Shown: positions 9,637 to 19,098, numbered from the stretch's first letter. The stretch: DNA of 32,000 bases from Polynucleobacter necessarius (GCF_900095195.1 NZ_LT606950.1:546164-578163); one strand, 5' to 3'. The notes: a model not told the origin generated them from the sequence alone. Numbers and translations are program-made.

Positions 9637-11880
9637 GCCCACTTCACCCCGACGAGATTGAATAGTAATTGCATCCCCAGCGGAGACACCCAATTGCGCC
9701 ATATCTTCACCATTCATAGATACCGTTGCCATTGGCTCAATTGCATCGAGCACGATTGCACGGCGCGTCATACTGCCAGTGTGCCAATGCTCTAACTGGC
9801 GTCCAGTGATCAAGACAAATTGGTATTCAGAATCTGGTCGCTCGTTCGCAGGAATAATGTCTGCTGGCACCAGTTTGGCTTTGCCATCGGGTGTGGCAAA
9901 GATGTCATCAAATACGATAGGACGACCTGGGTCATCAAGTGACAAACAAGAATAGGTCACATAGATTCTTTTTCTAGATGCCCCCAGGAAATCCCTTTAA
10001 TGGCACCCATGCATCGCTTGGCGCATTTCTTCATACACTTCAGCTACACCAGCATCAGGACCTTGGCAATTCCAATTGAGGCCCATGCGTTTCGCAATCT
10101 CTTGAATAATCCACAAATCAGGCTTTGCTTCACCCGGAGGCTCAACGGCTTTCTTGCCTAACTGCACCATACGGTCCGTGTTGCTGGCGGTACCGACTTT
10201 TTCAGGCCAAGCGCTCGCAGGCAAAACGACATCAGCCAATAGCGCAGTTTCCGTCATGAAAATATCTTGCACCACTAAATGCTCAAGCGAAGCTAAGGCA
10301 TGACGCGCATGATTTAAATCGGGGTCGCTCATCGCAGGATTCTCACCCTCTACATACATGCCACGAATCTTGTCGGGGTCGCTGTCGGGTGCAGTAATCT
10401 TGTGCATGATTTCAACAACGGTGTAACCCGGCCTCTTATCAAGCGGCGTGTTCCAAAACTTCTCAAACCAAGCATGCGCCTCTGGGTTATCAACCCGTTG
10501 GTAATTGGGGAACATCATCGGAATCAAACCGGCATCACTAGCGCCCTGCACGTTATTTTGCCCGCGCAATGGTTGAAAACCGGATCCAGGCTTACCAATT
10601 TGGCCAGTAATGCTGACCAAGGCAATGAGGCAACGTGCATTGTCGGTGCCGTGTACGTGCTGACTAACACCCATGTCCCACAAACTCATGGCAGACTTGG
10701 TTGTCGCAAACTCTCGGGCTACTTCACGCAAGGTTTCCGCCGGAATGCCCCAAATTGGGGCCATCGCTTCAGGGCTATAGCCTTTGATGTTTTCTTTTAA
10801 GGCTTCATAGTTATTCGCGCGATTAGCGATGAAATCTTTATCCGCCAAGCCCTCTTCAATGATCGTGTAGATCATGGCATTGAGCATCGCCACATCCGTA
10901 TCCGGCTTGAACTGCATGGTACGCCATGCATGTTTACTAATCTCCGTTTTGCGTGAATCGCATAATACGAGCTTTGCACCTCGTTTAGCAGCGTTCTTAA
11001 ACCAGGTGGCAGCAACTAGATGGTTTGCCGTTGGGTTGGAACCAATCAACATAATTAAGCTGGAATGCTCAACATCATTAACCTGGTTACTCACCGCACC
11101 AGAACCTACACCCTCAAGCGGTGCCGCCACTGATGACGCGTGGCATAGACGAGTACAGCGGTCGACGTTATTACTTCCAAAACCAGTGCGTACCAATTTT
11201 TGAAATAGATACGCTTCTTCGTTGCTTCCTTTTGCAGAACCAAAGCCAGCTAAGACTTTGAGACCATGTTTGTCTTTGAGCTCTTTGAGTTTGCCGCCTG
11301 CAAAATCGAGCGCTTCCTCCCAAGTGGCCTCACGGAAGATATCGGACCAATCTTGTTTACCTTCCAAAATCGATTCATCTTTGGGTACGCCAGGTTTACG
11401 AATGAGTGGCTTAGTTAAACGTTTTGGGTTATGGATGTAATCCATACCAAAACGACCTTTTACACAAAGACGATTGTGATTAGCTGGACCATCACGACCC
11501 TCAATACTGACAATCTTGTCATTTTTAATGTTATAGGTGATCTGGCAACCAACACCACAGAGTGGACAAACTGAATCTACCTTGCGGTCAACCGTTTGCG
11601 ATCTAATTAAACCTTTTGGCATCAACGCGCCTGTTGGGCAAGTTTGTACGCACTCACCGCAGGCAACTCAGGTACTTTCACCCATCGAATCATTGAGATC
11701 AAACACAATCTCACTGTGTGCACCGCGCATTGCGTAGCCGATCACATCGTTGACTTGTTCTTCGCGGCAAGCACGCACACAACGATTGCATTGGATACAC
11801 GCATCTAAGTTCACCGCCATCGCAGGATGCGAGACATCGCTCGCCACCTTCTCACAACGCAGCGCCTTGAGCTCTGGGCG
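9637..11880 (-). pseudogene. fdsA: NAD-dependent formate dehydrogenase alpha subunit (FdsA/molybdopterin oxidoreductase), truncated at both ends with internal stops
   Basis: Three fragments: 11668..11901 ('NLDACIQCNRCVRACREEQ'), 9997..11625 ('CPLCGVGCQ', Mo-ligand region 'CTRLCHASSVA') and 9439..9960 ('ITGRQLEHWHTGSMTRR'). There is an in-frame TGA at 11668-11670 and an in-frame TAA at 9997-9999. The N-terminal 2Fe-2S part and roughly the last 80 codons are missing. End coordinates are approximate. Confidence 0.8.
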
Positions 11881-11884
11881 AACA

Positions 11885-12139
11885 GCAGGCCTTGATCCCA
11901 TTACATCTGCTGATTTGGATCAGACCATTATGGACTTGTCTAAAAATTTAGGCATTACCTTTGTGATTGTGTCGCACGAGTTAGCGAGTATCTATGCGAT
12001 CGCTGATAAGGTCATTATGTTGGACAAGTGCGCTAAGGGCATTATTGCCGAAGGTGATTCCAAGGTATTGCGCGATATCAGCACAGATCCCCGCGTACAT
12101 CAATTCTTTAATCGCATTACGACTAAGGACGCAGCATGA
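11885..12139 (+). pseudogene. 3' fragment of an MlaF-like ABC transporter ATP-binding protein
   Basis: Only the region after Walker B survives: 'AGLDPITSADLDQTIMDLSKNLGITFVIVSHELASIYAIADKVIMLD...DPRVHQFF'. Sequence upstream of ~11885 is antisense fdsA. The stop overlaps the next gene's ATG (ATGA at 12136-12139). Confidence 0.75.
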
Positions 12140-12991
12140 GTAATAACTCAAACCCTAACTATTTCCGACTTGGCGTATTTGTCATTGCCGCGATCGCCGT
12201 CCTAATTTCGGTGATCTTGATCTTTGGCTCAGGACAATTGTTTAAGAAATCGTTTTATATCGAAACCTACATCAAGCAATCGGTCACCGGTTTAGATGTT
12301 GGAGCGGCAGTACGATTTCGGGGTATCAAGATTGGCCAAGTGAGCATGATAGGGCTTACAGGCGATATTTACGAGGAAGAGATTCCCTTTAACAAATGGT
12401 CTACGCTCACGAGTCAAGTCTATGGGTATCACGGGTGTGAATTACATCGAATTCGATTTTTTGCCAAAAAGCGCCAGTCAATATACTGAATTACCATACA
12501 GCTGGAAGCCAAAGTATCCCGTCATCCCATCGTTTCCTAACCAAGCTGATGAGATTATTTTTGGCATTCAAAAGCTGATTGATGGCATGAATCAAATCAA
12601 TATCGATGGCACTCAACAAAAGTTTGATCAGCTATTGGGTAATCTCAATAGCTTGATGGCAGGTGATGGCAAAAATAATCAAGGCTTAATTAACTCCGTA
12701 AAAGACTTGAATGTCATTTTGGAGCGCATTGCCAAGGTAACCGATAAAGACGAACTAAATGTTTTGATGCGCGAACTCGTAGGCGCTATGGTTTCCTTGC
12801 GTCAAACTATCACGACGATGCAGGGTGACACACAATTGACTATTGAAAACCTGAAGTAAACCAGCGAGCCACTCAACGAGTTTTCCCGAATTGCGAGCCA
12901 GTCGCCAGCCAGTTTGATTTGAGGTGAGCCGCCTCCGCGGATTACGCCACCCATGAATGGCACTCAGACTCAACTAGGAGCAGCAAAATGA
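12136..12991 (+). pseudogene. MCE/MlaD-family substrate-binding protein, frameshifted with two in-frame stops
   Basis: ORFs 12136..12489 (TM anchor 'LGVFVIAAIAVLISVILIF', 'LDVGAAVRFRGIKIGQV') and 12422..12859 ('MGITGVNYIEFDF') are in different frames, with the shift near 12390-12420. The reading continues through TAA 12857-12859 and TGA 12920-12922 ('SLI*GEPPP') to a stop at 12989-12991, which overlaps the next ATG. Confidence 0.75.
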
Positions 12992-13600
12992 TTAAATACC
13001 TCTTTGCTGGCATTACCACTGTCGTTCTGACTGCATGCTCTTTGCCCACGCGTGCGCCTGTGACACCAACCAGTTGGTTGGTGGCTCCACAACGTGCGGG
13101 CGCTCCATTGAAACAACACAGCGACTACTGGCTGAAGATTGGTTCCGTTAGTGTTGCTCCACCGTTTGATGGCAAGTCCCTGGTGTATCGCATCAGCGAT
13201 CAGCGTTACGAAAAAGATTTTTATAACGTGTATTCGACTATTCCATCGGAGATGATTGGTAATGCGGAGCGAGAGTGGATCAATAAATCGAACATCTTTG
13301 CCGTGGCTGTTGGTCAAAACAACAGCTTCTTTCCGTACTACAGTGAATGAGTTTTATGGAGACTATCGTGTTCGTCCCGAGGCTGTTGTCAGTGTGGAGT
13401 TTTTTCTCTCGGTAACTAATGCCGGAAAAACGAACCCATTGATTGGCTCAAACCGTTACACCAGGCGGATTGCTCTAAAGGACAATACCCCCGAAGCATT
13501 GGTATTAGGACAGCAACAAGCGCTGGCTGAAATCTTCAAACAATATGAAGAGCAGCTCTATAAGTACGCTGGTAATCTGCCAAAACCTTTGGGGCAATAA
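12988..13600 (+). pseudogene. ABC-type transport auxiliary lipoprotein (PqiC/DUF330-like), frameshifted
   Basis: The lipobox 'VVLTAC' is at the N-terminus. ORFs 12988..13350 and 13256..13600 join near 13320-13345 ('..FFPYY|TTVNEFYGDYRVRPEAVV..'). The combined ~204 codons and the position after an MCE gene fit this family. The family assignment is from memory. Confidence 0.6.
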
Positions 13601-13612
13601 GGGACATCTTCG

Positions 13613-14615
13613 ATGAAGATCATTGCAATCCCATGGAAGTATCTGGCTATAAGTGCCTTAGCAATCATCGGCTTTGGTGCAACACCGCAGGTCCGGGCTC
13701 AATCACAGGCACAACCTTTTCCTGTTAAACCGATTCGTTTCATCGTCCCGTTTGCCCCTGGGGGGGAGCACAGATATTATCGCGCGCGCTGTTGGTGATG
13801 CCCTAGGTCGTCAGCTGGGTCAGCCGGTCATTGTTGAAAACAAGGCGGGTGGAGGCGGTTCCGTAGGGGCATTAGAGGTCATGCGTGCGCCAAAGGACGG
13901 TTACACGATTGGTATGGCAACCGTATCGACTACGGCAGCCAATCCGGCGATTAATCCGAAGATTGGTTATGACCCCATTACGGATTTCACAGCCATTAGC
14001 AATATTGCTACAACTCCCAACATCATTGCTGTCAATCCATCCTTTCCGGCAAAAGACTTCAAAACGTTTATGGAGGTCCTCAAAACCAATCCTGGAAAGT
14101 ATTCCTACTCCAGTTCAGGAACGGGTGGTATTGGCCATTTGCAAACCGAGCTTTTTAAAAGCTTAACGGGAGTATTTATCGTACATATCCCGTATCGTTG
14201 TGCCGGCCCCGCATTGGCCGATACGGTTGGTGGTCAGGTCTCCATGATTTTTGATAACTTGCCATCGTCCTTGTCATTTATTAAAGATGGCAAGCTGGTG
14301 CCGATTGTTGTGGCTGCTCCAAAACGATTGGCACAATTGCCCAATGTGCCAACGTTTTCAGAAGTCGGCCTTGCTCCCGTAAATCGGATGGCTTATTACG
14401 GCTTGCTAGGTCCTGCAGGTATGCCCAAGGACGTGGTGGATAAATATTACTCAGCCTTGAAAGTGGTTGTGAATGATCCCGCTGTGAAAAAACGCATCGA
14501 AGATACGGGTTCCATCATTAATGCAAGTGGGCCAGAAGCGTTTTCAAAAGAAATCAAGGCAGAATTTGCTGTTTACAAAGAGGTCGTAGCAAAGCAAAAG
14601 CTCGCTTTAGACTAG
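13613..14615 (+). pseudogene. Bug/TctC-family tripartite tricarboxylate transporter substrate-binding protein, frameshifted
   Basis: Signal peptide 'MKIIAIPWKYLAISALAIIGFGATPQVRAQ', then 'PIRFIVPFAPGG|STDIIARAVGDAL..VENKAGGGGSVG'. ORFs 13613..13798 and 13674..14615 join across a G7 run at 13760-13766, and G6 restores the frame. The total is about 334 codons, as expected for the family. Confidence 0.85.
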
Positions 14616-14668
14616 AGTAATCGCATTTAAATGCCCAATTAAAAATAAAAATATTTTGTGGAGGCAGT

Positions 14669-15454
14669 ATGGATTTAGGGATTCATGGGAAGGTGGCTCT
14701 GGTTATGGCGTCGAGCCGCGGCTTAGGGCAGGCTATGGCCGTGGCTCTCGCGCGTGAGGGCGTGAAGGTGGCGGTAACCGGTCGGAGTGCCGAAGGCTTG
14801 CAAAAATCGGTTGAGCTCATCGAGGCTGCCGGTGGAACAGCATTAGCGCTGAATTGGGATTTATCCAATCCATCGATTATTGATGGACTCGTTTCACAAG
14901 TTGAGAGCACGCTTAGTCCAATTGATATTCTGATTAACAACACGGGTGGGCCACCACTAACGCCTGCTGCAGGACAGGATCCTGCACTCTGGCAAAAAAG
15001 TTTTAATGACATGGTGTTGTCCTTGATTGCCATTACCGATCGGGCTTTGCCTGGAATGCGTCAGCGAAAGTGGGGTCGCATTATCACCAGCATGACATCG
15101 GGAGCAATTGCGCCGATTAAAAATCTGGCAATCTCCAATACCTTGCGCGCTGCTTTGCTGGCGTGGTCTAAGACTCTAGCGACTGAGGTGGCAAGCGAGG
15201 GTATTACCGTCAATGTCATCATGCCAGGTAGAGTGGCAACCGATCGCCTGAGGCAGTTGGATGAAGCCAGTGCGAAACGTGAAGGTACGACCTACGAAGA
15301 GGTGGTCAAGGCGAGTTTGCGTCAAATTCCAATGGGTCGTTATGGTGATCCGAAAGAGTATGGCGACGCCGCAGCATTTTTAGCCAGTCAAAACGCTTCC
15401 TTCATAACGGGTACTGTTATGCGGATTGATGGCGGCCAAATTCAAGCGATTTGA
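14669..15454 (+). CDS. SDR-family oxidoreductase
   Basis: 261-aa intact ORF with a good RBS (ggagg, 7 nt upstream). It has the Rossmann motif 'GKVALVMASSRGLG', the 'NNTGG' motif and a 'VNVIMPGRVATDR' region. Substrate unknown. Confidence 0.8.
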   Translation: MDLGIHGKVALVMASSRGLGQAMAVALAREGVKVAVTGRSAEGLQKSVELIEAAGGTALALNWDLSNPSIIDGLVSQVESTLSPIDILINNTGGPPLTPAAGQDPALWQKSFNDMVLSLIAITDRALPGMRQRKWGRIITSMTSGAIAPIKNLAISNTLRAALLAWSKTLATEVASEGITVNVIMPGRVATDRLRQLDEASAKREGTTYEEVVKASLRQIPMGRYGDPKEYGDAAAFLASQNASFITGTVMRIDGGQIQAI

Positions 15455-15470
15455 TTTAATCATCAGTCTT

Positions 15471-17908
15471 ATGCAGGGCTTCATACAACGATTTAGGCAG
15501 GATCTGCGCTCTAAAGAGCTCAAGTGGTTATTGCTGGCGCTCATTATCTCGGTCTGCGCGATGACCAGTGTCAGCTTTTTGGCGGATCGTATGCATCGCG
15601 CCTTTGAATTTGATGTGCGCCAGTTACTTGCCGCAGACCTTCTCATTGCTGCCGATCAGCCGTTGCCTGAGCGGTTTATTGATGAAGCAAAAATTCGTCA
15701 ACTGCACATTGCACAGACTATTGTGTTCCCGAGCATGGCAACCGTGGGAACGCAAAGTAAGCTCGCTTCGATAAAGGCGGTCAGCCCAGAGTATCCCTTG
15801 CGCGGTGCATTGGAAGTTGAGAGATCAGCGACTTCAGCAGTCGGACTAGTCAGCGGATCGGTATATGTGGATCCTGCTTTGCTCAATAATTTACGTGCCA
15901 AGTTAGGGGACTCCATTCGTCTTGGCGATCGACAGTTTGTTATCTAAGGGGTGTTAGTTAAGGAGCTTGACCGTGGCGCTGGCTTTATGAATTTTGCCTC
16001 ACGCATCATGATTTCCCTATCGGATCTTCAATCGACTGGGCTGATTGGGTTGGGTAGTCGAGTGACTTATCATTTACTTCTTGCGGGATCCGATAAATCA
16101 ATCGCAGATTATCAACAGTGGGCAAATCAATATATTGAGACGAAAAAAATTCGTGGCCTGCGCATCGAGACACTGGAGAACGCGCAACCCATGATGCGCA
16201 AGACATTAGAGCGGGCAGAGCAGTTTCTATCCTTGGTAGCGTTGTTGACGGCCATGATTGCTGCGGTGGCGATCGGATTATCCGCAAGGCGCTACATGAT
16301 AGGCCAGGCTGATGCCTGCGCTGCGCTTAAATGCTTTGGTGCTACCAGGTGGGCAATTATTCAAAAAGAATTCACTACGCTATTGCTGCTGGGGATGTTG
16401 TCGGCTGTAATTGGCTCGGCTTTTGGCTACCTTGTTCAACATGTATTGACGGGATTACTGGGTAATCTTGTAGTAGGCAATCTGCCATCTGTTTCCATCG
16501 TGCCAGTACTGTGGAGTACGGTTTTTGCGTGGGTCTTATTGTTTGCATTTGCTGGGCCGCCGCTTCTCAATTTGGCAAATGTGTCGCCTATGCGATTAAT
16601 ACGCAAAGGGATTGGTATTGCAACTCAGGCTACTGTGTGGATCACGTTATTTACCGCAGTAGTTTGTGTAGGACTCATTTGGGTAGTTGCAAAGGATGCG
16701 AAGTTGGCACTATGGGTTGGCATGATCTTTGCAGGAGCGCTAATGCTTTTCGCGATCTTGGCGCGCTTCATATTATGGCTACTATCCAAAATACAAACAT
16801 CATACTTCCCGATACGCTTCGCGATTACAGCGATGAATCGACGCGCTGGATTTGCAGTAATGCAAATGAGTGCATTAGCGATTTCCATCATGGCAATTTT
16901 ACTGATTCTATTGCTGCGACAAGATCTTTTGAGCACGTGGCAAGGCAATATTCCGGCCGATGCGCCGAATCGCTTCATGATTAATATTCAAGGGGATCAA
17001 AGAGAGGGTATTGCACTTGCTTTACAACAAGGCGGCTTATCTAAGCCTGATTTTTATCCGATGATTCGAGGAAGGCTGATTGCGGTAAATGGTCGAGATA
17101 TTGCTCCATCCGATTACTCAGAGGAGAACGCGCGTCGCTTGGTTGATCGAGAATTTAATCTGTCCTATACCGAGCAATTGCCGATTGCTAATCGAATCGT
17201 TGCTGGGGGGGTGGATCAACGGAGCAAAACCACAAATTTCTATGGAGACGGGAATTGCAAAGACTCTCAAGCATCAGTTGGGCGATCAGCTGACCTTTGA
17301 GGTTGCTGACGAGCGTGTCGTGGCGCCCATTACCTCGTTGCGCAAATTGGACTGGGGTTCTATGCGAGTGAACTTCTTTGTCATCATGCCGCCAGCGCTA
17401 TTAAACAATATGCCGCAGTCTTGGATTACATCCTATTACCAAAGTCCAAACAAAGATGTTCTGGATTACTCCTTAAGCCAAGCTTATCCCAACATCACTC
17501 TGGTCGATGTTTCGGCATCGCTACAGCAAATTCAGGAGGTAATGGATAAGTTATCCGCCGCACTGGGTTTGTTGTTTGCATTCACCATTATTGCTGCTAC
17601 TCAAGATGAGCGTTTTCGAAACGCTGCCTTGTTAAAAGTATTAGGCGGATCTCGCAGTGTATTGAGTCAAATCGTCAGAATCGAATTGCTCTGTATTGGT
17701 TTTGTTGCTGGATTGCTGGGTGGTCTGGCTGCGGCAGTAGCTCGCTTGGGCGCTAGGTCGTTATGTCATGGAAATTGACTTTAATGCCTTTGCGCAATCC
17801 ATTTTGCTGGGTATCGCATTTGGTGTGATTGCTTCGTTAACTGCGGGCTATCGCTTTCAGAATCGCATACAAGCCACTACGGCAGTGGAGTGTTTACGCG
17901 AGGCTTAA
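15471..17908 (+). pseudogene. YbbP-like double-FtsX-domain ABC transporter permease, disrupted
   Basis: Fragments 15426..15947, 15951..17300 and 17089..17778, plus an unlisted tail ('WALGRYVMEIDFNAFAQSILLGIAFGVIASLTAGYRFQNRIQ..') ending at the stop 17906-17908. Together they make about 812 codons. Lesions are an in-frame TAA at 15945-15947, a +1 in the G7 run 17205-17211 (G6 gives 'NRIVAGGWINGAKPQISMETGIAK'), and a shift near 17743. The likely start is the ATG at 15471. No cognate ATPase is in the window. Confidence 0.8.
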
Positions 17909-18441
17909 GACAGGGTAACGACGCTCTTAGGAAGCTCCACCAACCTAGAGCCCGCTAAGCGATCCGGCAAGTTCTGGCGCAAAGTGGATACGTTGCGATC
18001 GAAATAAATGCTGATCGGCCAAAGAAATAATGCCACCGTAAAGAGCATCTCAATAATCTGCCATTTTTCTAAATGGAAGAGCGATTGCAAGATCGCGCAC
18101 GGAACAACCCAAAGAGATCCATAGATATAGCGCCAGATCGCTTGACGGCGTGAAAGGTTAAACCCATCCCGACCAATCATGCGCACTCGCCAAGTTTGCA
18201 TCGCCAACGTTTGGCCGGATTTTGTCCAATACCAAACGAAGTAAATACCAAGCACTGCATATAGATATAAAAACGTTAACCAGTTTGGCAAGGAAACGCC
18301 AAATAATATTCCGAGTCCCAGGTTGGTCAGCAGAAATGTAAAGGCAACCACGCCAAGTAATACGAGTTGCTCATAGAGGGAGCAAGATACGCGTCGCCAA
18401 AATCCCGGCGCAGGTAACGCATTAAGTTCTGCAGGGGTCAT
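17905..18441 (-). CDS. RDD-family membrane protein
   Basis: 178-aa ORF with several hydrophobic segments and an RDD-like layout ('WRRVSCSLYEQLVLLGV', 'GQTLAMQTWRVRMIGRDG'). Its start overlaps the upstream gene's stop (ATGA at 18438-18441). Confidence 0.7.
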   Translation of the reverse strand: MTPAELNALPAPGFWRRVSCSLYEQLVLLGVVAFTFLLTNLGLGILFGVSLPNWLTFLYLYAVLGIYFVWYWTKSGQTLAMQTWRVRMIGRDGFNLSRRQAIWRYIYGSLWVVPCAILQSLFHLEKWQIIEMLFTVALFLWPISIYFDRNVSTLRQNLPDRLAGSRLVELPKSVVTLS

Positions 18442-19088
18442 TTGCTAGAAGCTTCTGAGGCCTCAGTATTCGCGGGAGCAGTCGAATCTGTGGACTCCGA
18501 GGCAGCGGGGGCGACAGCTCTGGGTTTTGGTGCTGGCGGTTGTGGAGACGTCACATCTTGCTTGATGGCATGTTGCTGCAGGGTGGGGGCAGTAGTAGCA
18601 CTTGGCTTTTTCCTAGCCTCCATATCGGCTAATTTCTTCTTCTGCTCATCACTTAGCTTTTGATACGCGCTCCAAGCCTCAACTTTTTTCTCAGGTGGAA
18701 ATTTCAGGCTAGTGAAATAATTTTCACGAGCAATGCGCCGATCTTTTTGCGATAGATTTGACCAGCTCGCCATGCGTGATTGCAGGCGCTCTTGATCTTG
18801 TGAGCTCATCTTGGGATAAATGTTGGCAACGTAAATCCATTTCTTGCGACTATCAGGAGACATGTAGTCCCAATCACTCTCAAGTGGCGCCAGAATTTTT
18901 TGTTGGTTGACATTAAGCCCTTCCCAGGTGCCATCGGGCACTTTGGTAGGGACTGCGGTAGTTTTGCCGTGGCCACCACCACTGACGGTTTGTGCATGAC
19001 TCGTGCTGATGGCAAGTGAGCTCAAGCCGAGGGTGATCGCAACAGCAGTTACGATAGAACGAGCGAGTGACTTCAATGATGAAGACAT
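18438..19088 (-). CDS. secreted DUF3106-like protein
   Basis: ORF 18438..19208 trimmed to the ATG at 19086-19088, giving the signal peptide 'MSSSLKSLARSIVTAVAITLGLSSLAISTSHAQ'. It has repeated W/acidic helices ('WEGLNVNQQKILAPLESDWDYMSPDSRKKW', 'QERLQSRMASWSNLSQKDRRIAREN') and a Pro/Ala/Ser-rich tail. The family name is from memory of the conserved Burkholderiales cluster. Confidence 0.6.
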   Translation of the reverse strand: MSSSLKSLARSIVTAVAITLGLSSLAISTSHAQTVSGGGHGKTTAVPTKVPDGTWEGLNVNQQKILAPLESDWDYMSPDSRKKWIYVANIYPKMSSQDQERLQSRMASWSNLSQKDRRIARENYFTSLKFPPEKKVEAWSAYQKLSDEQKKKLADMEARKKPSATTAPTLQQHAIKQDVTSPQPPAPKPRAVAPAASESTDSTAPANTEASEASSK

Positions 19089-19098
19089 GGAGCTCAAC

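Noticed and set aside
9439-9960. The 173-aa ORF as a genuine chimeric protein.
   Set aside because: It is an accidental fusion of an internal FdsA fragment to the NadB N-terminus, followed by out-of-frame nadB sequence. It starts at an internal GTG with no RBS context and lies inside two pseudogenes.
11668-11670. The in-frame TGA in formate dehydrogenase alpha read as a selenocysteine codon.
   Set aside because: In formate dehydrogenases Sec occupies the Mo-ligand position, and here that site is a Cys ('TRLCHASS'). This TGA falls on an Fe-S cluster cysteine instead. The gene is also truncated at both ends and carries a TAA, so recoding would not rescue it.
14669-15454. The SDR gene as another decaying gene, because the canonical YxxxK tyrosine seems absent ('SNTLRAALLAWSK').
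   Set aside because: The ORF is full length with a good RBS and an intact cofactor motif. I recall an SDR subfamily with this 'SN..R......K' arrangement, though I have not verified this. The evidence is not sufficient to call it a pseudogene.
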